A stretch of DNA of 64,000 nt from Candidatus Eiseniibacteriota bacterium (GCA_043819135.1 JBDRFG010000106.1:67612-131611), one strand, 5' to 3'; shown: positions 9,600-16,948, counted from the stretch's first letter. Notes: generated from the letters alone by a model not told the origin. Numbers and translations: made by a program.

Positions 9600-10937
9600 G
9601 TGGCAGGAGCGACGGTCACGGCGATTCAGAAGGCAGGCGTCGTGGGCGCAGGTGGGGGCGGGTTCCCGACTCACATCAAGGCCGCCGCCGGCGCCGACAT
9701 CGTTCTGGCCAACGGCGCGGAGTGCGAACCACTTCTGAGGGCAGACACCGAGCTGATGTCGCGTGATGCCGAGCGGGTCGTCAGGGGACTCTCGATCGTC
9801 CGTGATTCCGTCGGCGCCGGGCGCGCTGTCATAGCGCTCAAGAAGAAGAACGCGCGCGCGCTCAACGCCATCGCGGGGGCGCTGTCCAGTGACAGCGGAG
9901 TAGAACTTCTGCCCCTGTCCAACGTGTACCCTGCCGGGGACGAGTTCCTTCTGGTGTTCGAGGCGACCGGACGCGTCGTGCCCGAGGGAGGCATACCGCT
10001 TGACGTGGGCGTGATCGTCAACAACGTGACGACGCTGGCCCAGGTAACAGACGCTGTCGAGGGACGTCCCGTCAGCGAAAAGATGGTCACGGTCCAGGGA
10101 GAGGTCGTCGCCCCTGGAACGTTCGTCACTCCGATAGGAACGTCCATCAATGAGCTGATCGCGAGCGCCGGCGGCGCAACGTGCGAAGACAGCGCGGTCG
10201 TGATAGGAGGCCCCATGATGGGGCACCTGATGCTCGACGGCGGTCAACCGACCACGAAGACCGTGGCCGGCGTCATCGTTCTTCCGGCCGACCATCGTCT
10301 CGTATCGTCAATGAGCTCCAGAGAGGCCCAGGTGCTCCGGCTCGCCAGAGCGGCGTGCTGTCAGTGCATGGCCTGCACCGAACTCTGTCCGCGTGCGCTC
10401 CTCGGCCACGGCCTCGAGCCTCACCGGACTGTGCGAGCCATCCAGTACGCCGAATTCCCGGAGGACCACAGGCACATAACCTCCGCATACCTCTGTTGCG
10501 AGTGCGGCATGTGCGAGCTCTTCGCGTGCCCGCTGGGAATCCAGCCCCGACGGATACTGGCTGACCTCAAGGCGGAACTGGTGCGGCGAGGCGTCCCGAA
10601 CCCGCACCGAAGAACGGACCTGTCGCCAGACGACGTGAGGGAGTACAGACAGATACCGACGGCGCGGCTCACGCGGAGACTGGGACTGGAGAGATACGAC
10701 GTTGACGCGCCGCTTCGCCCGGAACCGCTCTGTCCCTCGCGAGTGACGCTACGGATGAAACAGCACGTCGGCGAACCCGCCGTTCCGGTCGTCACGCCCG
10801 GCCAGACGGTCCTTAAGGGAGACGTCGTTGGAGAGGCCGCGGAGGACGTCGTGAGCGCAAGGGTGCACGCGAGCATCAGCGGCGTGGTCGAATCGGCAAG
10901 CGAGGACGCCGTGGTGATCGCGTCGGCGGACGCCTGA
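9600..10937 (+). CDS. PduS-like RnfC-family Fe-S flavoprotein (two 4Fe-4S ferredoxin motifs; NAD(H)/FMN-binding N-domain)
   Basis: N-terminal GVVGAGGGGFPTHIKAA (RnfC/NuoF-like nucleotide-binding domain). CxxCxxCxxxCP motif (CCQCMACTELCP) and a second Cys cluster (CCECGMCELFACP). Size and architecture match PduS. GTG start with GGAGGA RBS. Confidence 0.75.
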   Translation: MAGATVTAIQKAGVVGAGGGGFPTHIKAAAGADIVLANGAECEPLLRADTELMSRDAERVVRGLSIVRDSVGAGRAVIALKKKNARALNAIAGALSSDSGVELLPLSNVYPAGDEFLLVFEATGRVVPEGGIPLDVGVIVNNVTTLAQVTDAVEGRPVSEKMVTVQGEVVAPGTFVTPIGTSINELIASAGGATCEDSAVVIGGPMMGHLMLDGGQPTTKTVAGVIVLPADHRLVSSMSSREAQVLRLARAACCQCMACTELCPRALLGHGLEPHRTVRAIQYAEFPEDHRHITSAYLCCECGMCELFACPLGIQPRRILADLKAELVRRGVPNPHRRTDLSPDDVREYRQIPTARLTRRLGLERYDVDAPLRPEPLCPSRVTLRMKQHVGEPAVPVVTPGQTVLKGDVVGEAAEDVVSARVHASISGVVESASEDAVVIASADA

Positions 10938-10969
10938 CGAAACACGGGTGAAAGGGGAGGTACCGGTCG

Positions 10970-11518
10970 TTGAGAGAGGCAATCGGACTCATCGAGACAG
11001 TGAGCATCGCTATCGGCATCAGCGTGACCGATGAGATGGCCAAGACCGCCGATATCGAGGTGCTCGAATCGACGGCCATCTGTCCCGGCAAGTACATGGT
11101 CCTCATCGCGGGCGACGTGTCGTCCGTCGAGTCCTCGCTCAACCGCGGCATCGAGACGGGGGGGGACGTCGTGGTCGACACGCTCTTCATACCGCACGTC
11201 CACCCGCAGGTCTTCCCGGCGATCCTCGGAGCGACCGAGGTAGGGGACCTCCGTGCCCTTGGAGTCGTCGAGACGTTCACGGTCGCCTCGTCCATTCTGG
11301 CGGCAGACGCCGCCGCGAAGGCGGCGGGCGTCACACTGCTCGAGATACGACTGGCCAAGGGACTGGGTGGGAAGGCGTTCTTCACCATGATGGGAGAAGT
11401 GTTCGAGGTCGAGGCGGCCATGGAGGCCGCGCTTCGGGTGGCCAAGAGCGGCGGCAACCTCGTGAGGAGCGTCGTTATTCCCAGGCCGCACGAAAAGCTG
11501 CGTGCCAGCATACTGTAG
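10970..11518 (+). CDS. pduT: BMC-T shell protein, PduT-like tandem BMC-domain trimer with conserved Fe-S-ligating Cys
   Basis: Two tandem BMC domains (AIGLIETVSIA... and LGVVETFTVA...). The ICPGKYMVLIAGDVSSVESSL motif aligns with PduT, including the Cys that ligates the 4Fe-4S cluster. TTG start with AAAGGGGAGG RBS. Confidence 0.85.
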   Translation: MREAIGLIETVSIAIGISVTDEMAKTADIEVLESTAICPGKYMVLIAGDVSSVESSLNRGIETGGDVVVDTLFIPHVHPQVFPAILGATEVGDLRALGVVETFTVASSILAADAAAKAAGVTLLEIRLAKGLGGKAFFTMMGEVFEVEAAMEAALRVAKSGGNLVRSVVIPRPHEKLRASIL

Positions 11519-11542
11519 TCCCGCGGCGACGGAGGCAATTCG

Positions 11543-11812
11543 TTGCATCTTTGCAGAGTAATCGGCACGGTCTGGGCCACTCAGAAGGTCGACACCCTTA
11601 CGGGGTATCGCATGCTGGTCGTCCAGCCGCTCAGTCACGACCTCACGGAGAAGGGAACTCCAGTAGTCGCAGTGGACACGGTGAGCGCGGCGCCAGGGCA
11701 GCTGGTCTACATCGTTAAGTCGAGGGAGGCCGCCAAGGCCCTCGAGGAGCCTTTCAATCCGGTGGACGCGGCAATAGTGGGGATCGTCGACCACCTGCGC
11801 ACGTCGGCCTGA
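11543..11812 (+). CDS. BMC-P vertex protein (EutN/CcmL family), second paralog
   Basis: MHLCRVIGTVWATQKVDTLTGYRMLVVQP...VDTVSAAPGQLVYIV. TTG start with GGAGG RBS. Confidence 0.85.
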   Translation: MHLCRVIGTVWATQKVDTLTGYRMLVVQPLSHDLTEKGTPVVAVDTVSAAPGQLVYIVKSREAAKALEEPFNPVDAAIVGIVDHLRTSA

Positions 11813-11832
11813 TCGCGGCCCGGAGGTTATCC

Positions 11833-12105
11833 ATGTTCATTGCCAGGGTCATCGGCGAGGTCGTCTCGACGACAAAGCACCCTGCGCTACGGGGCAGAAA
11901 ACTCCTCGTGATCGAGAAGCTCACGGAGATGGGCGAGCCAACTGGAGACTCACAGCTGGCGGTCGACTCGGTCGACGCGGGGGAGGGGGACACGGTGCTC
12001 GTCATGGACGAGGGCAGTTCGGCCGCGCTGGTCACCGAGATGGACAATCCGCCCATCCGTACGGTGATCGTGGGCGTCGTCGACAGCGTGGACATCGAGG
12101 AGTAG
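11833..12105 (+). CDS. BMC-P vertex protein (EutN/CcmL family), third paralog
   Basis: MFIARVIGEVVSTTKHPALRGRKLLVIEK...VDSVDAGEGDTVLV. GGAGG RBS. Three BMC-P paralogs are typical of PVM-type loci. Confidence 0.85.
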   Translation: MFIARVIGEVVSTTKHPALRGRKLLVIEKLTEMGEPTGDSQLAVDSVDAGEGDTVLVMDEGSSAALVTEMDNPPIRTVIVGVVDSVDIEE

Positions 12106-12110
12106 CTGAT

Positions 12111-12923
12111 TTGCGTTCCGAGTTCGAGGCGAGAAGAGAGATCGTCGAGATAGGCAGGAGGCTATGGGAACGCGGCTACGTCGCGGCGAACGACGGCAAC
12201 ATCAGCGCGAGACTGGGCGACAGGATCCTAGTGACGCCGACCGGGCTGTCAAAGGGGTTCCTGAAGCCTTCCGACATGGTCGTCGTCTCTCCATCCGGCG
12301 AGAAGTTGTCGGGAGAGCTGGACCCCACGTCCGAGCTCCCGATGCACCTGGCCGTCTACAGGGCGAGGGCCAACGTCAGCGCGGTCGTTCACGCGCATCC
12401 GCCGAAGGCGACCGGCTTCGCCGTCGCGGGCGTACCACTCGCGCAATGCGTGCTTCCGGAGGTCATACTCACCCTGGGCGAGGTGCCGCTGGCCGGATAC
12501 GCGACTCCGTCGACCGAGGAGGTAGCGCGGTCGGTCAGTGAGTTCATCCCGCGCTACAACGCGATACTCCTGAGCAACCACGGCGTCCTCACGCTCGGGC
12601 GCGACCTGTCGCAGGCCTACTACCGCATGGAGACCGTTGAGCACTTCGCAGAGATAACGCTCGCTGCGAAGGCTCTGGGCGGGCCGTCGCCGCTCTCGAG
12701 CGACGACGTGCGAAAGCTCCTGAGCGTGCGGGACAAGCTCGGCCTGGAAACCGTGGCCGAGTGCACTGACTGCGGAGCATGCGCGGGCGCTTCGGCACCG
12801 GGCGGCGGTTCTACACCGGGCGGCGTCCCTCAGAAGGACGCCGAACCAGACGAAGAAGAGGTGGTCCGGGCCGTCCTGGCTCGGCTTGGCAAACTCATGG
12901 ATGAGAAAGGTGACCGGAGATGA
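12111..12923 (+). CDS. class II aldolase/adducin-family aldolase (L-fuculose-/L-rhamnulose-1-phosphate aldolase-like) with C-terminal extension (Cys motif + linker + amphipathic encapsulation helix)
   Basis: Class II aldolase features: the AVVHAHPP metal-binding His cluster and the VTPTGLSKG phosphate-binding loop. About 50 extra C-terminal residues: CTDCGAC, then a Gly/Ser/Pro linker, then EEEVVRAVLARLGKLMDE. TTG start with GAGGAG RBS. Confidence 0.8.
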   Translation: MRSEFEARREIVEIGRRLWERGYVAANDGNISARLGDRILVTPTGLSKGFLKPSDMVVVSPSGEKLSGELDPTSELPMHLAVYRARANVSAVVHAHPPKATGFAVAGVPLAQCVLPEVILTLGEVPLAGYATPSTEEVARSVSEFIPRYNAILLSNHGVLTLGRDLSQAYYRMETVEHFAEITLAAKALGGPSPLSSDDVRKLLSVRDKLGLETVAECTDCGACAGASAPGGGSTPGGVPQKDAEPDEEEVVRAVLARLGKLMDEKGDRR

Positions 12924-13813
12924 CACGTAAAGGATGCATCTGGGGATGGCTCATCGGCGTGCTCGCGCTGCTCGTCATCTTCCTCGTGACGATAGTGACC
13001 ATAGAATCGCTGCTGGGTCAGCAGCTGTCGCTCCCGTCCTACGGGGCGCGTGTCGGGCTCATCAGGGTGGAGGGGAGTATCTACGACTCCAGGCAGATCA
13101 TAGCGGACCTGGAGCAGATGGTCGGCAATCCGGGTATCAGCGCCATCGTCCTGAGGGTCGACAGCCCCGGTGGCGGAGTGGCCGCATCGCAGGAGATATT
13201 CGAGTACATCCGGGACGTCCAGGAGCAGGACGTACCGCTGGTCGTGTCGATGGGCTCCGTGGCCGCCTCCGGAGGTTACTACATAGCGTGCACGGCGGAC
13301 ACGATCGTCGCCAATCCAGGCACCCTGACGGGCAGCATCGGCGTCATCATGTCGTTCACCAATCTTGAGGAGCTGTTCGGGAAGCTCGGGATGGACTTCG
13401 AGGTCATAAAGAGCGGCAGATTCAAGGATGTGGGCTCCATGAGCAGGGAGATGACCGACGATGAACGGGAACTCCTGCAGGAGACCATCGACGACATACA
13501 CGCGCAGTTCATCGAGGCGGTTGCTGCGGGCAGGGGAATGGAGTACGACGCTGTCGCCGCGTTGGCCGACGGACGCATCTTCTCCGGCCGTCAGGCGCTC
13601 GAGGTCGGGCTCGTGGACCAGCTGGGGACTCTGGAGGACGCCGTGAGCATCGCGGCCCGCAGGGGCGGGATCGAGGGCGAACCCCGCGTGCAGGAGCCCG
13701 TCAGGCGTCAGCGGTTGACGCTCTGGGACCTTCTTTCGGGCGCCGCGTCGAGACTCCTTCCGCCCGAGGCCTCAAGCCTCGGTGCTCACTACATGTACAG
13801 GCCCTCCAAGTGA
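12920..13813 (+). CDS. sppA: signal peptide peptidase SppA (S49 family, 36K type)
   Basis: N-terminal TM helix and S49 motifs (SMGSVAASGGYYIA with the Ser nucleophile; GVIMSF). ATGA start/stop overlap with the aldolase gene. Confidence 0.8.
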   Translation: MTRKGCIWGWLIGVLALLVIFLVTIVTIESLLGQQLSLPSYGARVGLIRVEGSIYDSRQIIADLEQMVGNPGISAIVLRVDSPGGGVAASQEIFEYIRDVQEQDVPLVVSMGSVAASGGYYIACTADTIVANPGTLTGSIGVIMSFTNLEELFGKLGMDFEVIKSGRFKDVGSMSREMTDDERELLQETIDDIHAQFIEAVAAGRGMEYDAVAALADGRIFSGRQALEVGLVDQLGTLEDAVSIAARRGGIEGEPRVQEPVRRQRLTLWDLLSGAASRLLPPEASSLGAHYMYRPSK

Positions 13814-13827
13814 CCTGCACAAAAGGA

Positions 13828-13862
13828 TTTGACAGACCCGCCCCCGCTTGTTAGGATGTGCT
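13828..13862 (+). promoter_or_regulatory. sigma70-like promoter candidate (TTGACA-N17-TAGGAT) upstream of the HU/IHF gene
   Basis: Sequence match in the intergenic region. Leaves a 5' UTR of about 145 nt containing the palindrome GGGACA-C-TGTCCC (13951-13963). Confidence 0.35.
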
Positions 13863-14006
13863 TGGTGTGTCCTCAATGGGTGAGAAGTCTCGTCCATCGA
13901 GGATGACACTCCGATTACGCGGTCCACGGGGGGCCGCGTTGCGAGCAGGCGATCGGGACACTGTCCCGGCGCGAGAGGCGAGTTCCGACGACGGAGGTTC
14001 AGGGCC

Positions 14007-14360
14007 ATGACGAAAGCCGACCTTGTGGATATCGTCGCAGGCAAGACAGGCCTCACGAAACGGGATGTAGCCCAGGTCGTGGAAGCTCTGCTCGAGGCCA
14101 TAAAGGCCTCGCTTGCGACTCACAAGCACATAGAGATCAGGGAATTCGGCACCTTCAAGGTCAAGCGGCGCAAGGCCAGCATGAAGTACAACCCCCGGGA
14201 TCGCTCCCAGAAGGTGGTGGTCCCTCAGAAGATGGTACCCGTTTTCAAACCGAGTAGATTTCTGAAGGAGAGGGTCAACTGGAGCGGGCAGGAAGGGGTG
14301 TCTGACACCGTCCCCGGCCCGGGGTCCGAAACAGAAAGCTCAGAGGAGGCCAATGTCTAG
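14007..14360 (+). CDS. HU/IHF-family nucleoid-associated DNA-binding protein
   Basis: MTKADLVDIVAGKTGLTKRDVAQVVEALLEAI...REFGTFKVKRRKA...NPRD is the canonical HU/IHF fold with a C-terminal extension. ACGGAGG RBS. Confidence 0.8.
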   Translation: MTKADLVDIVAGKTGLTKRDVAQVVEALLEAIKASLATHKHIEIREFGTFKVKRRKASMKYNPRDRSQKVVVPQKMVPVFKPSRFLKERVNWSGQEGVSDTVPGPGSETESSEEANV

Positions 14361-14448
14361 TCTCAAGAAGAAGCGACGAGCCAAGATGGCGAAGCACAAG
14401 CTCAAGAAGAGGCGCAGGAAGGACCGTCACAAGAAGAAGAACCGCTAG
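14353..14448 (+). CDS. small basic protein, bS22-like (AURKAIP1/COX24-domain 30S ribosomal protein bS22 candidate), 31 aa
   Basis: Not in the ORF track (below 60 aa). ATG at 14353 preceded by AGGAGG at optimal spacing. Product MSSLKKKRRAKMAKHKLKKRRRKDRHKKKNR matches the KKRRxxMxKxKxKKxLxRxRHKKK pattern of bS22. Overlaps the HU stop by 8 nt. Confidence 0.5.
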   Translation: MSSLKKKRRAKMAKHKLKKRRRKDRHKKKNR

Positions 14449-14464
14449 GCAAGGATGTTCGCCA

Positions 14465-15016
14465 GTGCCAAAGAGGTCGCTCGACGTTAGGAAGGTGACG
14501 AGGCTCGTGAATCACGGGCCCACTGTGCTGGCCTCGAGCCGGCATGCGGAGAGAAGTAACGTCATCACATTGGCTTGGGCGATGCCTGTCAGCATCGATC
14601 CACCGATGATTGGTATAGCGGTAGCGCCGGCGCGCTTCTCCCATGACCTGATAGCGCGCTCCGGGGAATTCGTGGTGAACATCCCCGGATCCAATCTACT
14701 GCAGGCCGTCTGGTACTGCGGGACGGCCTCCGGACGGGACGGTGACAAGTTCGAGGAAGCCGGCCTGACCGAGGCTCCGGGCAGCGTTGTTGGGGCGCCC
14801 CTTGTAATGGAGTGCTTCGGGCACGCGGAATGCAGGGTTGTCTCGGCACCGATAACTGGGGACCACACGCTGTTTGTGGGAGAGGTCGTTGCTGCATCCG
14901 TGGAGAGTTCCGCCTTTGACGGGCACCTGCGGCTGCGAAGGCCCTACCACACGCTGCATCATCTGGGCGGCTCGCGCTTCGTAACGTCTGCGGGCACAAG
15001 GCTGAACGCCGCCTAG
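14465..15016 (+). CDS. flavin reductase-like domain protein (FMN-binding split barrel)
   Basis: 183 aa; the pattern VITLAWAMPVSIDPPMIGIAV...FVVNIP...HTLFVGEV is typical of the Flavin_Reduct family. GTG start. Confidence 0.7.
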   Translation: MPKRSLDVRKVTRLVNHGPTVLASSRHAERSNVITLAWAMPVSIDPPMIGIAVAPARFSHDLIARSGEFVVNIPGSNLLQAVWYCGTASGRDGDKFEEAGLTEAPGSVVGAPLVMECFGHAECRVVSAPITGDHTLFVGEVVAASVESSAFDGHLRLRRPYHTLHHLGGSRFVTSAGTRLNAA

Positions 15017-15071
15017 ACCGATTTTGACGCCGGCGGGCGACCGGCAACAGATGTCATCTCTTGGAGGCGCG

Positions 15072-15473
15072 ATGGGCGACAAGAAGAGAGACGATTGGGG
15101 TGGCAGGGAGAGAAGGCAGTCGAAGCGCGTGGACGCACAGATAGCGCTTCAACTGTCAGGAGCGGATGAGGCTTTCCCCGGCGAGTCGATCACGACCGAG
15201 AGCATCAACGTCGGTGCGGAGGGCGTCTACTGCCATGTGGGGCACTTCGTGTCGCCCCTGACCAAGCTCCAGGTTACCATGGTCCTGCCTGTGAAGAACA
15301 AGAAGGGGCAGGTGAAGAACGAGATAGTGAAGACTCAGGCCGTGGTGGTGAGGTGTCAGCCTTCGGGCGACGAGAACGGGGGTTACAGAGTCGCTTGTTT
15401 CTTCACCGGTCTGGATGCCGGAACAAAAAGTACTATCGAGGAGTATGTCAGGCAGCACGCCCTGAGGGTGTAG
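15072..15473 (+). CDS. PilZ-domain protein (c-di-GMP receptor candidate)
   Basis: RRQSKRV (RxxxR) followed by a D/NxSxGG-like motif (INVGAEGVY). GGAGG RBS before the ATG at 15072; the track ORF begins earlier at 15024. Confidence 0.6.
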   Translation: MGDKKRDDWGGRERRQSKRVDAQIALQLSGADEAFPGESITTESINVGAEGVYCHVGHFVSPLTKLQVTMVLPVKNKKGQVKNEIVKTQAVVVRCQPSGDENGGYRVACFFTGLDAGTKSTIEEYVRQHALRV

Positions 15474-15530
15474 GGCGCTGCTTCGGCCCCTCTCAAGAGC
15501 AACCTCGACGATTCGACAGCAGCAAGGCAA

Positions 15531-15567
15531 ACGGACGGCCCGGCGCTTGAGCGCCGGGCCGTTTCTC
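15531..15567. terminator. bidirectional rho-independent terminator candidate between convergent PilZ and outer-membrane protein genes
   Basis: Perfect 10-bp GC stem GGCCCGGCGC-TTGA-GCGCCGGGCC, extended by AAAC/GTTT pairing and followed by a T-rich run (TTTCTCT). Confidence 0.5.
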
Positions 15568-15585
15568 TACCTTATGAAACTCAGA

Positions 15586-16935
15586 CTAGAAGCGGTAGGT
15601 AGCCTCAAAGATGAGGTCCGTATCGTCGACACTCTCGACGTACGCGTACTCGTCGTCCGCCCTCTCGTAGGTGCCGTTCATCCACGCGACATCGATAGCC
15701 AGCACGGTGTCGATGAGTATCCCTGCGCCCAGTGTGAAGTAGGAGCGGTCAGTTGTGACTTCCAGGCCATTGTACGCGATCGGCCGGTACGCGTAGCCGC
15801 CGCGAATCCGGAGGGGCCAGGAGGGAACCGTCAGCTCTGCGCCCACTCCGTACCCGACCTTCTCGTCGTAGAGGGCCCGCCGCTGGGGGACGTCGGCGCT
15901 CTCGTCTGTCTCGGTTATCCTGCCCGCGTAGTCCATCTCAGACCAGTCGGAGTAGCTGAGATCAGCTCCGACGACAATGAAATCCGCCGGCGCGTAGGCG
16001 ACTCCCGCGCGGAACGCGAAGGGCAGCGTCACCTTGTCGGAGAAGAACTCACTCCACTCACCGACCGTCGTAGAATCCGGCATCACCTTCCTGACGTAAT
16101 CCCACCCAGTGCCATCGAACGTCACCGCCGTCGGCGTGTCGATCGCGACTCCGACGGAAAGCCCCTCCATCGCATAGAAGAGACCTCCGATCGTTCCGCG
16201 AAAGCCGGTGATGTCGGCCTCAGACCGCTCCTGTAGGTGAACCTCAGTGTACGTTTCAGAGACATAGTCGACGGTGTCATAGATGTCCCAGACGAAGCCC
16301 CTTGAGTAGTCGCCAACGAGATAGGAGAAGGCAACGCCAAGCGATACAGTGGGAGAGACCTCAAGCGCACAGGCAGCGGACAGCGCCGTGATACCACCGT
16401 CGGAGACGTAGTCCTCTTTGTTATACCATACGCCGCTGGCATCGGGACCATCGACGCCGTCGTCGGGATGCTCGTCCCACTCTATCTCGCCGTCGTAGGC
16501 AGCCAACCTGTCTCCGGCGAAGTCATAGATCCGCTCGGCGCTGAAACCGAGGACAAGGCTGCCCCTGAACGTCGGGAACGGATAGGCGAAACGTAGCGAC
16601 GCCAGGTCCGTCCCACTCAGGTCGGTCCCAAACTCGCTGCCGGACATCTCGCCGTCTACCCCGAGCGAGCCTCTTCTGAAGCCGCCGGAGAGCTCGACCC
16701 TGTTCAACCGTGCCATCGCCGCCGGATTGGACATTATCGCGGTCGCATCGTCAGCGACCGCCATCGAGACGAACCCCATGCCGACTGCCCTCGCGCCGGT
16801 GGCGAGCGTGTTGGTGAGCGGTACCTCGTCCAGCGGAGCGACGAAGCCCGAGTCGGCCCTCGAGGCCGGCGGCGAAGCGAGCATCGCCAGAACGCCGGCA
16901 AGGACCGGGACGTACGTCAGCCGCTTCCTGCTCAT
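15586..16935 (-). CDS. outer-membrane beta-barrel protein, PorV/PorQ (FadL-like) family candidate
   Basis: Signal peptide MSRKRLTYVPVLAGVLAMLASPPASRA. N-terminal motif GARAVGMGFVSMAVADDATAIMSNPAAMA is shared with the PorV-like ORF at 48171. Alternating aromatic strands; C-terminal YRF (terminal Phe typical of OMPs). Start trimmed to the ATG at 16935, which has a GAGGAG RBS. Confidence 0.6.
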   Translation of the reverse strand: MSRKRLTYVPVLAGVLAMLASPPASRADSGFVAPLDEVPLTNTLATGARAVGMGFVSMAVADDATAIMSNPAAMARLNRVELSGGFRRGSLGVDGEMSGSEFGTDLSGTDLASLRFAYPFPTFRGSLVLGFSAERIYDFAGDRLAAYDGEIEWDEHPDDGVDGPDASGVWYNKEDYVSDGGITALSAACALEVSPTVSLGVAFSYLVGDYSRGFVWDIYDTVDYVSETYTEVHLQERSEADITGFRGTIGGLFYAMEGLSVGVAIDTPTAVTFDGTGWDYVRKVMPDSTTVGEWSEFFSDKVTLPFAFRAGVAYAPADFIVVGADLSYSDWSEMDYAGRITETDESADVPQRRALYDEKVGYGVGAELTVPSWPLRIRGGYAYRPIAYNGLEVTTDRSYFTLGAGILIDTVLAIDVAWMNGTYERADDEYAYVESVDDTDLIFEATYRF

Positions 16936-16948
16936 CCTCTTCTCCTCG

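Noticed and set aside
10421-11794. 457-aa minus-strand ORF spanning PduS, PduT and BMC-P genes
   Set aside because: It crosses three well-supported + strand genes and their intergenic RBSs, which is implausible for a real gene.
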